DNA of 43,441 bases from a virus (lineage: Duplodnaviria > Caudoviricetes). The notes under the pieces were generated by a model. It was not told the origin of the DNA. It was given only the letters and a program-made list of their open reading frames with translations, and did no database searches. The translations under genes were made by a program, and so were the position numbers. Positions 1-8,991 of the stretch are shown in pieces (position 1 is the first letter of the stretch; each line of letters starts with the position of its first letter). The DNA is taken from positions 1 through 43,441 of IMG/VR virus record IMGVR_UViG_3300037307_000196; one strand, written 5' to 3'.

Positions 1-297
1 AGGATCCCGCCTTACACCTGCACCGCCCTGCCCGCAGCCCTCCCGCCACCCCTGCCGCGGTCCCGGTTGCACCCCCAAAACCACCCCGATCCGGCCCCCG
101 TGGGGGGCCGCCGGGAAGCGGTTGCCTACACGTCGGTATGGAGGGGTTAGCCAGCTACCGACACGGCGCCGGTTGCCGGTAAAGGTTCGCCTCCCGGGCT
201 GCACGTTCGGAGCAAAGGTAGCGCCGGCCCCCGGCAGCCGGCAGCCGGTGCCGCGGCCGGTAGCCGGTGCCGGCCGGGTCGCAGCCCGAGCGGGGGC

Positions 298-321
298 AGG
301 CTTTCCGAACATCGGAAAACC
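298..321. repeat. Palindromic motif copy 1 (TTTCCGA-ACA-TCGGAAA core at 302-318)
   Basis: GGCTTTCCGAACATCGGAAAACC (299-321) matches the reverse complement of 34795-34817 at 22/23 positions and shares AGGCTTTCCGAAC with 12898-12910. Confidence 0.75.
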
Positions 322-502
322 AGACCCGCCAGAGAAGTAAACGCGCAGTAGGGAGGCCGGGGCCAAGCCCGGGTACTGGGAGGGCGGCTGAAGGATGGAG
401 GTTTGGGGAGGCGGGTGCTGCGCCGGCAGGGGGCTTGCTTCCTTGACCAGGAAAGGGTAGGTGGGGTACAGCATGATGCGCGGTTGTAGTGCACAATAAG
501 GG

Positions 503-531
503 TTGACTGGTAAGGTATACAGTTGTACTGT
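503..531 (+). promoter_or_regulatory. Putative sigma70-type promoter for the accessory gene run
   Basis: TTGACT(503-508)-17 nt-TACTGT(526-531) in an AT-richer non-coding patch upstream of a purine-rich RBS and ATG 590. Confidence 0.6.
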
Positions 532-589
532 GCGGGGGTGTGGTGAAAGCAACACAAGCGAACGTGCAAGCGAAAGAAGGAGAAGAAGG

Positions 590-868
590 ATGGAGAAGAA
601 GATCCAGATCGAGCTGACTCGGTGGGAGCTGGCGAACGTGATCACGGGGCTGCATACCGCGATCAAGACGAAGATGCGCGGGGCAAGGAGAACCGCCAAG
701 GCCAGGGCGGCGCGAGGGGCGCCGAGCACGGGGATCGCGGGGCGCGCGATGGAGTGCGTGGATCTCAGGATCCTGGCCGAGAGATTGACCGCGACGTTCA
801 TGGAAGACAAGCAACGGGAGCAGCAGGCCGAGCAGACGCAGCCGCCGGCCCCGAGCACGGAGGGCTGA
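590..868 (+). CDS. Hypothetical protein (92 aa)
   Basis: ATG 590 after AAGGAG-rich RBS; MEKKIQIELTRWELANV; GC3-rich codons. Confidence 0.65.
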   Translation: MEKKIQIELTRWELANVITGLHTAIKTKMRGARRTAKARAARGAPSTGIAGRAMECVDLRILAERLTATFMEDKQREQQAEQTQPPAPSTEG

Positions 869-870
869 AC

Positions 871-990
871 ATGGGAAACGGAGAGCGAAGGTTCTTGCTG
901 GTGAAGTGGGTACGGGAGCAGGACTTGCGGGCGGTGAACGCGAACAGCCTGCGGCGGCTGGGACGGCTAAGAAGGAGCAGGAAAGCATGA
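871..990 (+). CDS. Small basic hypothetical protein (39 aa)
   Basis: GGAGG RBS then ATG 871; stop overlaps next ATG (ATGA). Confidence 0.45.
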   Translation: MGNGERRFLLVKWVREQDLRAVNANSLRRLGRLRRSRKA

Positions 991-1538
991 GCTGCAAGAC
1001 ATGCAGGTTTCACCACTACGATGAGCCGAACGGAACCAGCGAGTGCCGGCGCTACCCGCCGATCGTCATCGCGACTACCGACGACCCAGACGAGCTGGTC
1101 ACGGTCTGGCCGGATGTCGACGACGAGGACTGGTGCGGCGAAGAGGAGGACAGCAACAAGTACGAGCTGATGGAAGACGGGCGGGAGTACATCGAGCAGT
1201 GCCAGGCTGAGGAAGACGCGCGCGAGCGGGCGATGGTGCAGGAGGAGAAGGCGGCGGCAGGCCAGTTCCGATGCGCGAAGCACGGGCTGGTCGACACGGG
1301 GCCGGACCTTTACCCGGACTGGTGCCCGAAGTGCGAGCAGGAACACCTCGGAGCTGGCGTCGTGCGGGTCCGTGCGGCGATCGGTGCGTTGCTCGACTCG
1401 CTGCGCTTGCCTGGCCACGCGGTGACGCGCGAGCAGTGGGAAGAGCTGTGCTGTTTCAGCGGGCGACGGTGCGAGCCATTCCTCTCGGTCATCCCGTCGG
1501 AGCTGTGCACGGCACTGAAGGAGGGAGGCAGCGAATGA
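987..1538 (+). CDS. Cys-rich (Zn-binding) hypothetical protein
   Basis: MSCKTCRF..ECRRYPP..WPDV..DWCGE motif common in phage small proteins, plus CAKH..CPKC; ATGA coupling at both ends. Confidence 0.7.
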   Translation: MSCKTCRFHHYDEPNGTSECRRYPPIVIATTDDPDELVTVWPDVDDEDWCGEEEDSNKYELMEDGREYIEQCQAEEDARERAMVQEEKAAAGQFRCAKHGLVDTGPDLYPDWCPKCEQEHLGAGVVRVRAAIGALLDSLRLPGHAVTREQWEELCCFSGRRCEPFLSVIPSELCTALKEGGSE

Positions 1539-2593
1539 AGGTCATCTACGTCGCAGGGCCGTTCACGGCAGACACGCCGTGGGGCATAGAGCAGAACGTG
1601 CGACGAGCAGAGGACGTTGCGCTGCTCGTCGCGCAGTCTGGTGCGCGTGCTGGCGTTCCGGCGATGCCGCTGTGCCCGCATGCCAACACGCGCTACTTCC
1701 ACGGCCAGTGCACGCCCGAGTTCTGGTACGAAGGGACGTTGGAACTGCTGCGACGGTGCGACGCACTGATCACCGTCGCCGGGTGGGAGCGCAGCAAGGG
1801 CGCGCTGGCCGAGATCGCCGAGGCTGAGCGGCTGGGGCTCCCGGTGTTCCACGACGGGGTCGAGCTGCGTCGGTGGCTGAAGGCTGGCAGCGAGCCGCCC
1901 GACACACCGTTCTCGGTCATCTACTCGAAGGCTCACAGCCTGGAGTACCCCAAGTGCCCGCGCTGTGGTCGCGCTGTGGTCGGGGCGATGATGACCGGGA
2001 GGGGCCGCGCCGTTGACGGGCAGTTCTTCTACCACCCTGCCGACATCTCGGTCTACTGCGAGAGAGCGGACTGCAACTACGACAAGAAGCTCTCGGACCT
2101 GCCTACGCCGTCCCGGTGCTACCACGGCGAGGACATGATCGGTGAGCCGGAGATCACGGACGACACCACAGTTCATCTGACCGAGAAGGGGATGCGGGCG
2201 ACGGATCCGAAGGAGGACACCTTCCTGAAGGAGCTGGCCGCGCTCATCAACAAGCACAGCCTGGAGAACGAGAGCAACACGCCCGACTTCATCCTCGCCA
2301 TGTACCTCCAGAACGCGCTCACCGCCTTCGCCATGACGACCAGGATGAGGGAGGACTGGTACGGGCACCGCCACGAGCCGGGGCAGTCGGAGCGTCCGGT
2401 GAACCAGGCGGCCGGCGATCCGCTGCGCTGTCAGGAGCGAAGCGGCGCCGGCGCGCAGTGCCTCCACCCGCTGGGCCATGAGAGCGACCATCTCTTCAGA
2501 GACGACACGGCAGCGGTGTGGGAAGACCCGCAGCGCGGCGTGGACCCGAGTTACACGGTGATCTCGGCGTCGCCTGCTGACACGGAGGAGTGA
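1535..2593 (+). CDS. DUF1937/DUF4406-like (nucleoside 2-deoxyribosyltransferase fold) multi-domain protein
   Basis: MKVIYVAGPF..PLCPHAN..LELLRRCDAL..GWERSKGALAE..A..LGLPVF N-terminal domain, then a CPRC Zn ribbon and a LINKHSLENESNTPDFILA domain. Confidence 0.75.
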   Translation: MKVIYVAGPFTADTPWGIEQNVRRAEDVALLVAQSGARAGVPAMPLCPHANTRYFHGQCTPEFWYEGTLELLRRCDALITVAGWERSKGALAEIAEAERLGLPVFHDGVELRRWLKAGSEPPDTPFSVIYSKAHSLEYPKCPRCGRAVVGAMMTGRGRAVDGQFFYHPADISVYCERADCNYDKKLSDLPTPSRCYHGEDMIGEPEITDDTTVHLTEKGMRATDPKEDTFLKELAALINKHSLENESNTPDFILAMYLQNALTAFAMTTRMREDWYGHRHEPGQSERPVNQAAGDPLRCQERSGAGAQCLHPLGHESDHLFRDDTAAVWEDPQRGVDPSYTVISASPADTEE

Positions 2594-2980
2594 TGCGCAG
2601 GACTAAGATCAAGAAGCCGACGTTCCTACTGTGTGAGAAGTGCGGGCAGTCGGTCTACCCGTTGACGGGGGTGTGCCCCGTCTGCCAGCACACCAACAGC
2701 AGATTACCGGAGAAGGGGCAGACGATGAGCGAGATGGAGTATGAGAAGCGGTTTCTGGTGACAACTACCGTCGTGGTGCGAGCTCCGTACCCGCTGAGCA
2801 GCGTCCGCCTGGCAGTTCTACCCGGACGCCGGGCCGTTCCTCGCCGGCGATCTCGTCGGACGCGGCCTCTTGGGAACCGAAGTGATCCGGTCGTGCCCGC
2901 TGACGTTCATCGTCGGGCCGGGCTCACCTGCCGAGGCGCGTCGAGTTGTCGCGTTTGTGATGCCGCTGCACTGGCGCTAG
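2593..2980 (+). pseudogene. Zn-ribbon hypothetical gene with an apparent 1-nt frameshift near 2797
   Basis: CEKC..CPVC N-terminus; after ..VRAPYPL the protein-like GC3-rich reading continues in the +1 frame (2798-2980, AASAWQFYPDAGPF..PLHWR*). Confidence 0.45.
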
Positions 2981-3306
2981 TGCCCTTTCCGAAGCAGCGC
3001 CATTAGGATCGCGTCGAGGATCCAGGTTGTCCGAGTCGAGTCGTCTTCTTCAGCGGCTTCGTTTAGCAGCTCTAGCGTTAGCTCGTCGAAGCGCGCCATC
3101 AGCGCAACCCGATCGTTCATCAGCTCCGCTGCCGTGACCCGTCCGCGCACGGTCTTGCCGTTGCGTAGCCGGGCCTGCACGGCTTCTGCGACCCAGGTGT
3201 TTCGGCTGACGCCGAGGTCCCAAGCCGCTTTGTCGACGCGCGCGAGCAGGCCTCGCCCGATGCGAAACTGGATCGGATACCTCGGGTCCGTTGATGGTGC
3301 CGGCAT
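2977..3306 (-). CDS. Tandem ribbon-helix-helix DNA-binding protein
   Basis: Two RHH-like repeats: PIQFRIGRGLLARVDKAAWDLGVSRNTWVAEAV and VALMARFDELTLELLNEAAEEDDSTRTTWILDAI. Confidence 0.7.
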   Translation of the reverse strand: MPAPSTDPRYPIQFRIGRGLLARVDKAAWDLGVSRNTWVAEAVQARLRNGKTVRGRVTAAELMNDRVALMARFDELTLELLNEAAEEDDSTRTTWILDAILMALLRKGH

Positions 3307-3393
3307 AGCCACGGAGTAGCATACAAACGGACATCACCGCAAGTGCTGTCGGATTGTGTTGCAGCGCACGTCGGGATCTGGTACTGGTTTGGG

Positions 3394-3609
3394 ATGGAGC
3401 GCACCGAGCTGTTCGAGCTGGTGACGGAGGCGGATGTCGATGAGTTCTGCCGGCTGCTGCGTGCCGGGAAGGAGCTAGGCCCGTTGTCCGTGCGGTACAC
3501 TGTAGCGGTGACGGTCGCGAGAACCGCAACAGTGAGGGTGCCGCATGACGAAGACGAAGAAGCAAGGAGCCCGCTTGAGTCCCGCTTCCACCGGCTCATC
3601 GGAGCGTAG
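3394..3609 (+). CDS. Hypothetical protein
   Basis: MERTELFELVTEADVDEFCRLL; GC3-rich codons; overlaps start of next ORF. Confidence 0.45.
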   Translation: MERTELFELVTEADVDEFCRLLRAGKELGPLSVRYTVAVTVARTATVRVPHDEDEEARSPLESRFHRLIGA

Positions 3610-4216
3610 TGGGTACGCGACACGCGGCTACTCGTTCGGTGGCACAACGCTCAACGCGCCGATCGGCAGCCGGCTCGAAGAGCTGTGCGTGAAGCTGCGC
3701 GAGGAGTTCCCGACGCTGCGCCTGAGCCGCCGCGATCGGTGGTGCTGGTTCTGGTGCCCGCGCAGCTTCACGATCACGCTCGGGCTCGTCGGGCTGTTCA
3801 TCTGCGGGTTGAGCCCAGCGCACTGGGAGCAGATCGATAACAAGGCGCCGGGCTGGGACGACGACTTGTGGGAGGTGCTGTCGCACGAGCTGAAGCACCT
3901 TCGCAGGTGGAGGCAGCTCGGCTTTCTGCTGTTCGTGTTGCTTTACGGCTTGATCTTCTTTCCTGTCGGGCTAGCTTGGGGGAGAACGTGGATCGAGCGC
4001 GAGGGATACTTGGAGTCGCTGCGATGCCGGTTCAAGCGAAGCAGAACGGATGCGGAGTCGGCTGCGTACCGAGAGTGGTGGGTATCCAGGTTCACGGGAG
4101 GGAGCTACGGCTGGGCCTGGCCGTTCAAAGGGCAGGTGCAACGATGGTACGACACGGAGCTGCGACGACTGCAACAGGGGGCCTCCCGCGCGGGAAGCGC
4201 GAGAGGGTCGAAGTGA
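3545..4216 (+). CDS. Putative zinc metallopeptidase-like protein (HExxH) with hydrophobic segment
   Basis: LSHELKHL followed by a hydrophobic stretch and EREGY (likely third ligand); start uncertain. Confidence 0.6.
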   Translation: MTKTKKQGARLSPASTGSSERSGYATRGYSFGGTTLNAPIGSRLEELCVKLREEFPTLRLSRRDRWCWFWCPRSFTITLGLVGLFICGLSPAHWEQIDNKAPGWDDDLWEVLSHELKHLRRWRQLGFLLFVLLYGLIFFPVGLAWGRTWIEREGYLESLRCRFKRSRTDAESAAYREWWVSRFTGGSYGWAWPFKGQVQRWYDTELRRLQQGASRAGSARGSK

Positions 4217-4350
4217 TCCGCGAGCAGGCGCGCGGGTTGGTCAGCACGCTGAAGCAGAGCGGCGCTCTGCCCGACGAGCTGGCGATCACGCTGATCGCGC
4301 TGGTCACGGAGCTGGAGCGCGAGCTGCACGACACACGCAGACGAGTGTAG
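4213..4350 (+). CDS. Small hypothetical protein (45 aa)
   Basis: GTGA coupling to upstream stop, stop 1 nt before the terminase start. Confidence 0.45.
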   Translation: MIREQARGLVSTLKQSGALPDELAITLIALVTELERELHDTRRRV

Positions 4351-4351
4351 C

Positions 4352-5785
4352 GTGACCCGCCTTCAAGTCCTCAAGGCGCCGGAAGAGGTCGCGGCGCGCA
4401 GCACGTATTCCGTCGAGAGGTACGAGCAGGCGCGGACCGCTCGCTACGAGATGATCCGCGAGCTGGTACTGGAGCACCGCCGGCTCGACGTGCTGTGCGA
4501 GTACGTGCTCGGTGGCGACCCGCCGATGTGGTTCCACCGAGACATGATCGAGTTCCAGGAGGCACACGACGAGGCGCTCGTGCTCGCGTTCCGCGGCGCT
4601 CGCAAGACGGCCTACCTGACGATCGCGCGGGCTATCTTCGAGATCCTCTGCAACCCGAACGTCCGCATCCTGTTCGCGTCCGACGCCGCAGACCAGGCCA
4701 AGACGTTCCTCCGCGGCGTCAAGAGCCACTTCGAGCGCAACGACGAACTTCGTGCCATTTTCGGTGACTTCGTAACGGGCGCGGAGAAGTGGGCTGACGG
4801 CGAGATCATCGTCAACCGGCGCACGGCCGTCGGCATGAAGGAAGGGACGATCACCTGCGTCGGGCAGGAGACGGCGCTCCTCGGGCGGCACTTCGACATC
4901 ATCATCTGCGACGACCTCGTCACCGACGAGAACAGCATCACTGATGGGCAGCGCGAGAAGGTCAAGAACTACTACTACAAGACGCTGCTCCCGGCGCTGG
5001 AGCCGCACGGCAAGCAGTGGGTCATCGGAACGCGCTGGAACGAAGACGACCTCTACGGCTGGCTAGAGAAGAACGACTTCAAGGCAGCCGCGTATCGGCT
5101 TCCCGTGCTCGACGAGGAGACTGACCTTTCGATCTGGGAAGACCGCTTTCCGACGGAGCGTATGCACCGCCTCCGGCGCGGGTCGCTCGCCGCGTTCGAG
5201 CTTCAGTGGCTCTGCCGAAGCGGTGTGTCTTTGGGCGGCATCTTCAACGAGGAGCACTTCCGCTACTACGAGCACGCGCCGTCGGAAGTGTTCAAGTGGC
5301 AGGGCGTCGACCTCGCTGCCGGGCAGAAGGCACGTAACGACTTCTTCGCGCACGTTACCATCTCGCGTGAGAAGGCCAGGCCCCGCGTCTTCCTGCTCGA
5401 CTTCACAGAGACGCGCATCCCGTTCCCGAAGCAAGTCCTCTTCATCAACGATCGGTTCCGCAAGCACCCCGACGTGGTGCGCGTCGGGATCGAGTCGAAC
5501 GCTTACCAGATCGTCTTGACACAGCAGATCCGCGAGTCCTTCCCGGATGTGCCGGTTGTTCCGCGCTACACGCTGAAGGACAAGGTTGCTCGTGCGCAAC
5601 AGCTCGCGACGCTGGCCGGGCAGAACGGCCCGTTCATGATCCATCGCAACCATCACAAGTTCCTTCGCCGCATGTGCTCCTTCCCCCACGGGCCGAAAGA
5701 CCTGTTCGATGCGTTCGACCTAGCCGTCGGCATGGCCTTCGGCGGTGTGCGCAAGAAACGGGAGCGCGAGCCCGGCTTGCTCTAG
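4352..5785 (+). CDS. terL: Terminase large subunit
   Basis: Walker A AFRGARKT, Walker B GRHFDIIICDD, motif III VIGTRW, nuclease GVDLA..NDF..GIESN..PHGPKDLFDA. Confidence 0.93.
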   Translation: MTRLQVLKAPEEVAARSTYSVERYEQARTARYEMIRELVLEHRRLDVLCEYVLGGDPPMWFHRDMIEFQEAHDEALVLAFRGARKTAYLTIARAIFEILCNPNVRILFASDAADQAKTFLRGVKSHFERNDELRAIFGDFVTGAEKWADGEIIVNRRTAVGMKEGTITCVGQETALLGRHFDIIICDDLVTDENSITDGQREKVKNYYYKTLLPALEPHGKQWVIGTRWNEDDLYGWLEKNDFKAAAYRLPVLDEETDLSIWEDRFPTERMHRLRRGSLAAFELQWLCRSGVSLGGIFNEEHFRYYEHAPSEVFKWQGVDLAAGQKARNDFFAHVTISREKARPRVFLLDFTETRIPFPKQVLFINDRFRKHPDVVRVGIESNAYQIVLTQQIRESFPDVPVVPRYTLKDKVARAQQLATLAGQNGPFMIHRNHHKFLRRMCSFPHGPKDLFDAFDLAVGMAFGGVRKKREREPGLL

Positions 5786-5806
5786 GTTTGTGCAGCGTGG
5801 TAGGCT
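5777..5806 (+). promoter_or_regulatory. Putative promoter upstream of the small virion genes and portal
   Basis: TTGCTC-18 nt-TAGGCT with TG two bases before the -10; same TAGGCT -10 as at 21921. Confidence 0.35.
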
Positions 5807-5851
5807 GACCGCTGATTCGGGTTGGACCCGGAAGAACAAAGGAGCGAGAAC

Positions 5852-6172
5852 ATGGCATCGACTGTGGGAGCCCGCTACGCTTGCGGCAGGACCAAGGCGA
5901 CGAACGCCGTCCTCAACGTGCTGACCGTCGGCTTCTCGCCGCGGAAGGCCGTCGTCACCAACCTGAGCAATCAGGTGCTCGTCGAGATGAACGACGGGCT
6001 CGAGGTCGGCAAGAACCTCAAGCGCATCGCCGACGGCACGCTGTCGGTGCTCTCGTCGGGCGGCATCGAGCCGGCCTCCGACAGCGCGGGGAACAAGGGG
6101 ATCAAGATCCCGGTGCTCGCGGACATCAACGACACCACGACCGAAGACCTGCTGTGGGAGGCGTGGGGCTAG
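5852..6172 (+). CDS. Probable virion (head-associated) protein
   Basis: AAAGGAG RBS, highly biased codons, beta-rich sequence (TVGFSPRKAVVTN), lies between terL and portal. Confidence 0.7.
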   Translation: MASTVGARYACGRTKATNAVLNVLTVGFSPRKAVVTNLSNQVLVEMNDGLEVGKNLKRIADGTLSVLSSGGIEPASDSAGNKGIKIPVLADINDTTTEDLLWEAWG

Positions 6173-6217
6173 TCGCGAACCGCGACCGGCTTCGTGTCCT
6201 GCTGAGAGGAGAGACCC

Positions 6218-6487
6218 ATGAGCAACGTGATCAAGACGAGCTACGGCGAGGGCGGCGCGCAGCTCACGCCGGGCGCTTCCGGTGAGCCCGCGCTGGCGAC
6301 GGTGCTGCGCGGCATCGCCGACGACCTGACCGCCGCGAAGGGCGCGACCATCACGGCCCCGGCCCTGCTGGCGTTCACTGACCCGCCCTCGGCGGCCGAG
6401 ATGGCGCTGCTGCGGACGCTGGTGAACGAGATCAGGACCGCGCTCAACACGACCGCCGCGACGAGCCTCAACACCGTCAAGGGCTGA
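6218..6487 (+). CDS. Probable head decoration/fibre-like small protein
   Basis: GAGGAG RBS; Ala/Thr-rich, LRTLVNEIRTALN helix. Confidence 0.7.
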   Translation: MSNVIKTSYGEGGAQLTPGASGEPALATVLRGIADDLTAAKGATITAPALLAFTDPPSAAEMALLRTLVNEIRTALNTTAATSLNTVKG

Positions 6488-6514
6488 CCCTGAGCCCGCG
6501 ATCCCGGTAGCACG

Positions 6515-6536
6515 GGGCGGGGCGCCTCCGCCCTTT
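6515..6536 (+). terminator. Possible weak intrinsic terminator/attenuator before portal
   Basis: GGGCGG(6515-20)/CCGCCC(6528-33) stem followed by only TTT. Confidence 0.3.
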
Positions 6537-6546
6537 GGAGGTGGCC

Positions 6547-8247
6547 TTGAGCAAGACGAACCCCGCCCCGAGCACTATCACCCTCGACGCGCTAGACAAG
6601 CGAGGCGTACCCCGCAAGGTACGCCTCCGCGCTGTTCCGATCGGGCTCACCGAGAAGATGCAGATCCGCAAGCAGGATGGCGAGGACGTTGCGGCGTCGA
6701 ACGTCGACGCGCACGACCCGTTCGCCAACGTCTCGCTTGGCGCGCTGCGCCTCATCGACCCGCCGTACCCGCTTCGCTGGCTCTCATCCAGGGAGGAGGA
6801 GAGCACAGAGCTGGGGCAGTGTATCCGGGCAATGGTGGTCAACACTGTTGGCTTCGGCTGGACGCTGCGCGAGCGCCCGATGCCGGAAGGGATGCGGAAC
6901 GAGCGGCGTGTTGAGATCGAAGCGGAGCGCCTCGAGCTGAAGGCCAGGCTTGAAGCTGTGCACCCGACCGAATCGCTGGACATGATCCTTGAGAAGGTGA
7001 AGAACGACCAGCACTCGTGCGGGAACGGTTACGTCGAGATCATCGAAGACCGAACGGGAGAGCTGGTCGGCGTGAACCATGTTGTCGGCCACGCGGTCAG
7101 GATGACGGAGAAGCACCCGCAGCCGGTCAAGGTCGACACGCCGATGCTGCGCCCGGACTTCAGCTTTGGCGTTGTCCCGATGTGGCACCGCTTCAGGCGC
7201 TACGCGATGGTTACGCCGGCCGGGAAGGTGCTGTGGTTCAAGGAGGCCGGCGACCCGCGCACGATGGACAAGAAGACGGGCGAGTTCGTCGACGACATCC
7301 CGTTCTCTCGTCGGGCGACCGCGCTGCTTCACTTCCGCAACTACAACCCGCTCTCGCCGTACGGCGTGACGCTCTGGATCGGCAACCTGTTCTCGATCCA
7401 AGGGAGCCGCCGCGCCGAGGAGATCAACTACAACACGCTCACGAACAACGCGATCCCGTCGATGTTCGTCATCGTCGAGAACGGCGCGCTCACCGAGGGG
7501 AGCATCGTCCGGCTGCGCGAGTGGGTCGAGGGGCAGGTGCAGAAGGGGCTCAACTACAGCAAGTTCCTTCTGCTCGAAGGCGAGGCTGCCGAAGAGGGCA
7601 CGCCGTCACCGTCGAACTTCCGAATCCGCATCGAGCCGCTGGCTCGCTACCAGAAAGAGGACGAGCTGTTCCAGAATTACGATGGGAACAACCGCGACAA
7701 GCTGCGCCAGTCGTTCAGGCTGCCGCCGATCTTCGTCGGCCGCACGGAGGACTACACACGCGCGACGGCAGACACGAGCCGCGCCGTTGCCGACGAGCAG
7801 GTGTTCGCACCGGAGCGGAGCAAGGACACGTTCCTGATCAACCGCTTCATCGTCTCGCGCTGGCAGCCGCGCTACCACACGTTCCGGCTGCTCAACCCCA
7901 ACGTCACCGACGACACGCAGCTCATCCGGCTTATGGGCATCGCGGAGAAGTCCGGCGGCATGACGCCGCGCCGGGCTGACCGGATCGTTCGGGACGTGTT
8001 CGGTGACGACATCGGCCCGATGCCGGAGGGGATCCCGCTGGACGTGCCGTTCACGATCACGTTCGCGAAGTCGCAGCAGGGGATGCTCGGGGGCGGGACC
8101 GGCGAAGGCAACGAAGAAGGGGCAGAGGGCAAAAGTACGGACGTGGCTCGCCGCGTGATCGACGGGCTGCTTGACCTGCGCCGGCGGATCGAGAAGGAGC
8201 TGGACGACCGCTTCTACTTGGCCGCTGACGAAGAAGAGGAGGAATAG
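6547..8247 (+). CDS. Portal protein (PBSX-like family)
   Basis: GNGYVEI, LLHFRNYNPLSPYG, NNAIPSMFVIVENG, FRLPPIFVG..YTRATA; TTG start after GGAGG; position after terL. Confidence 0.92.
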   Translation: MSKTNPAPSTITLDALDKRGVPRKVRLRAVPIGLTEKMQIRKQDGEDVAASNVDAHDPFANVSLGALRLIDPPYPLRWLSSREEESTELGQCIRAMVVNTVGFGWTLRERPMPEGMRNERRVEIEAERLELKARLEAVHPTESLDMILEKVKNDQHSCGNGYVEIIEDRTGELVGVNHVVGHAVRMTEKHPQPVKVDTPMLRPDFSFGVVPMWHRFRRYAMVTPAGKVLWFKEAGDPRTMDKKTGEFVDDIPFSRRATALLHFRNYNPLSPYGVTLWIGNLFSIQGSRRAEEINYNTLTNNAIPSMFVIVENGALTEGSIVRLREWVEGQVQKGLNYSKFLLLEGEAAEEGTPSPSNFRIRIEPLARYQKEDELFQNYDGNNRDKLRQSFRLPPIFVGRTEDYTRATADTSRAVADEQVFAPERSKDTFLINRFIVSRWQPRYHTFRLLNPNVTDDTQLIRLMGIAEKSGGMTPRRADRIVRDVFGDDIGPMPEGIPLDVPFTITFAKSQQGMLGGGTGEGNEEGAEGKSTDVARRVIDGLLDLRRRIEKELDDRFYLAADEEEEE

Positions 8248-8250
8248 CTC

Positions 8251-8991
8251 ATGCGTGAGTTCGTGCAAGTGCAGAAGATCGATCTGCTCGACGGCGAGGA
8301 GCTGATGGAGCTGGCCAAGAAGGTCATGGCCGCCATCACGCAGCACAAGGGCCGGCTGAACAAGTCGCTCGCGCTCCGGGGCATTTTCAAGGACCACATC
8401 GTCGTTCGCGACATGGAGAGCGGCAAGCTGTTCCGCATGAACATGAAGCGCGACGATGCCGGGGCCGTGCTGCTCGACAGCATGGACGAAGTTCGGCAGG
8501 TCTTCGTTCCGGCGAAGACCAAGGCCGAGAAGGCGGTGTGGAGCGGTGCCTTCGTCAACAACCTCCCGGACAGCTCGTTCCTCTACATCGCCCCGGGCGG
8601 TCGGAAGGACGGCGAAGGGAAGACGGTGCCGCGCGGTCTGCGGTACTTCCCGGTGAAGGACGCCGACGGCAAGGTCGACCTGCCGCACCTCCGCAACGCG
8701 CTCGCCAGGATCCCGCAGGCGAACATCCCGCAGGCCGCGAAGGACAAGGCCACGGCCGAGGCCCGCAAGCTGCTCGAGCAGGCGACCGAGCAGCGCGGCA
8801 AGACCGAGAAGGCGGCCGGCCCGCAGCTCGCGGCCGTGACGCTGCCGGAGACGCTGGTCCTGCTCGAAGACGGGAAGCTCAGCGCGGACTCAGTCGTGAT
8901 GCTCGAGGAGATCGCGCAGGCCGCAGACCCGGCAGTCGGTCAGGTCGTGCTGGCGCTCGGCGAGGAGTCCCTGTGGCGCGGGGTCATCTAG
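8251..8991 (+). CDS. Head-associated protein with a DUF6582-like domain
   Basis: VNNLPDSSF..RYFPVKDADGKVDLPHLRNALARIPQ motif seen in phage head-module proteins. Confidence 0.7.
   Translation: MREFVQVQKIDLLDGEELMELAKKVMAAITQHKGRLNKSLALRGIFKDHIVVRDMESGKLFRMNMKRDDAGAVLLDSMDEVRQVFVPAKTKAEKAVWSGAFVNNLPDSSFLYIAPGGRKDGEGKTVPRGLRYFPVKDADGKVDLPHLRNALARIPQANIPQAAKDKATAEARKLLEQATEQRGKTEKAAGPQLAAVTLPETLVLLEDGKLSADSVVMLEEIAQAADPAVGQVVLALGEESLWRGVI

Noticed and set aside
4213-4350. Small terminase candidate
   Set aside because: Only 45 aa with no HTH; terS not identified in this window
4352-5785. Intein or intron in terminase
   Set aside because: 477 aa with normally spaced motifs; no splice-junction residues
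8538-8972. N-terminal 145 aa of the 934-aa ORF in the track
   Set aside because: Overlaps the 8251-8991 gene and is Arg/Gly-rich off-frame sequence; GAGGAG plus GTG at 8973 is a better start
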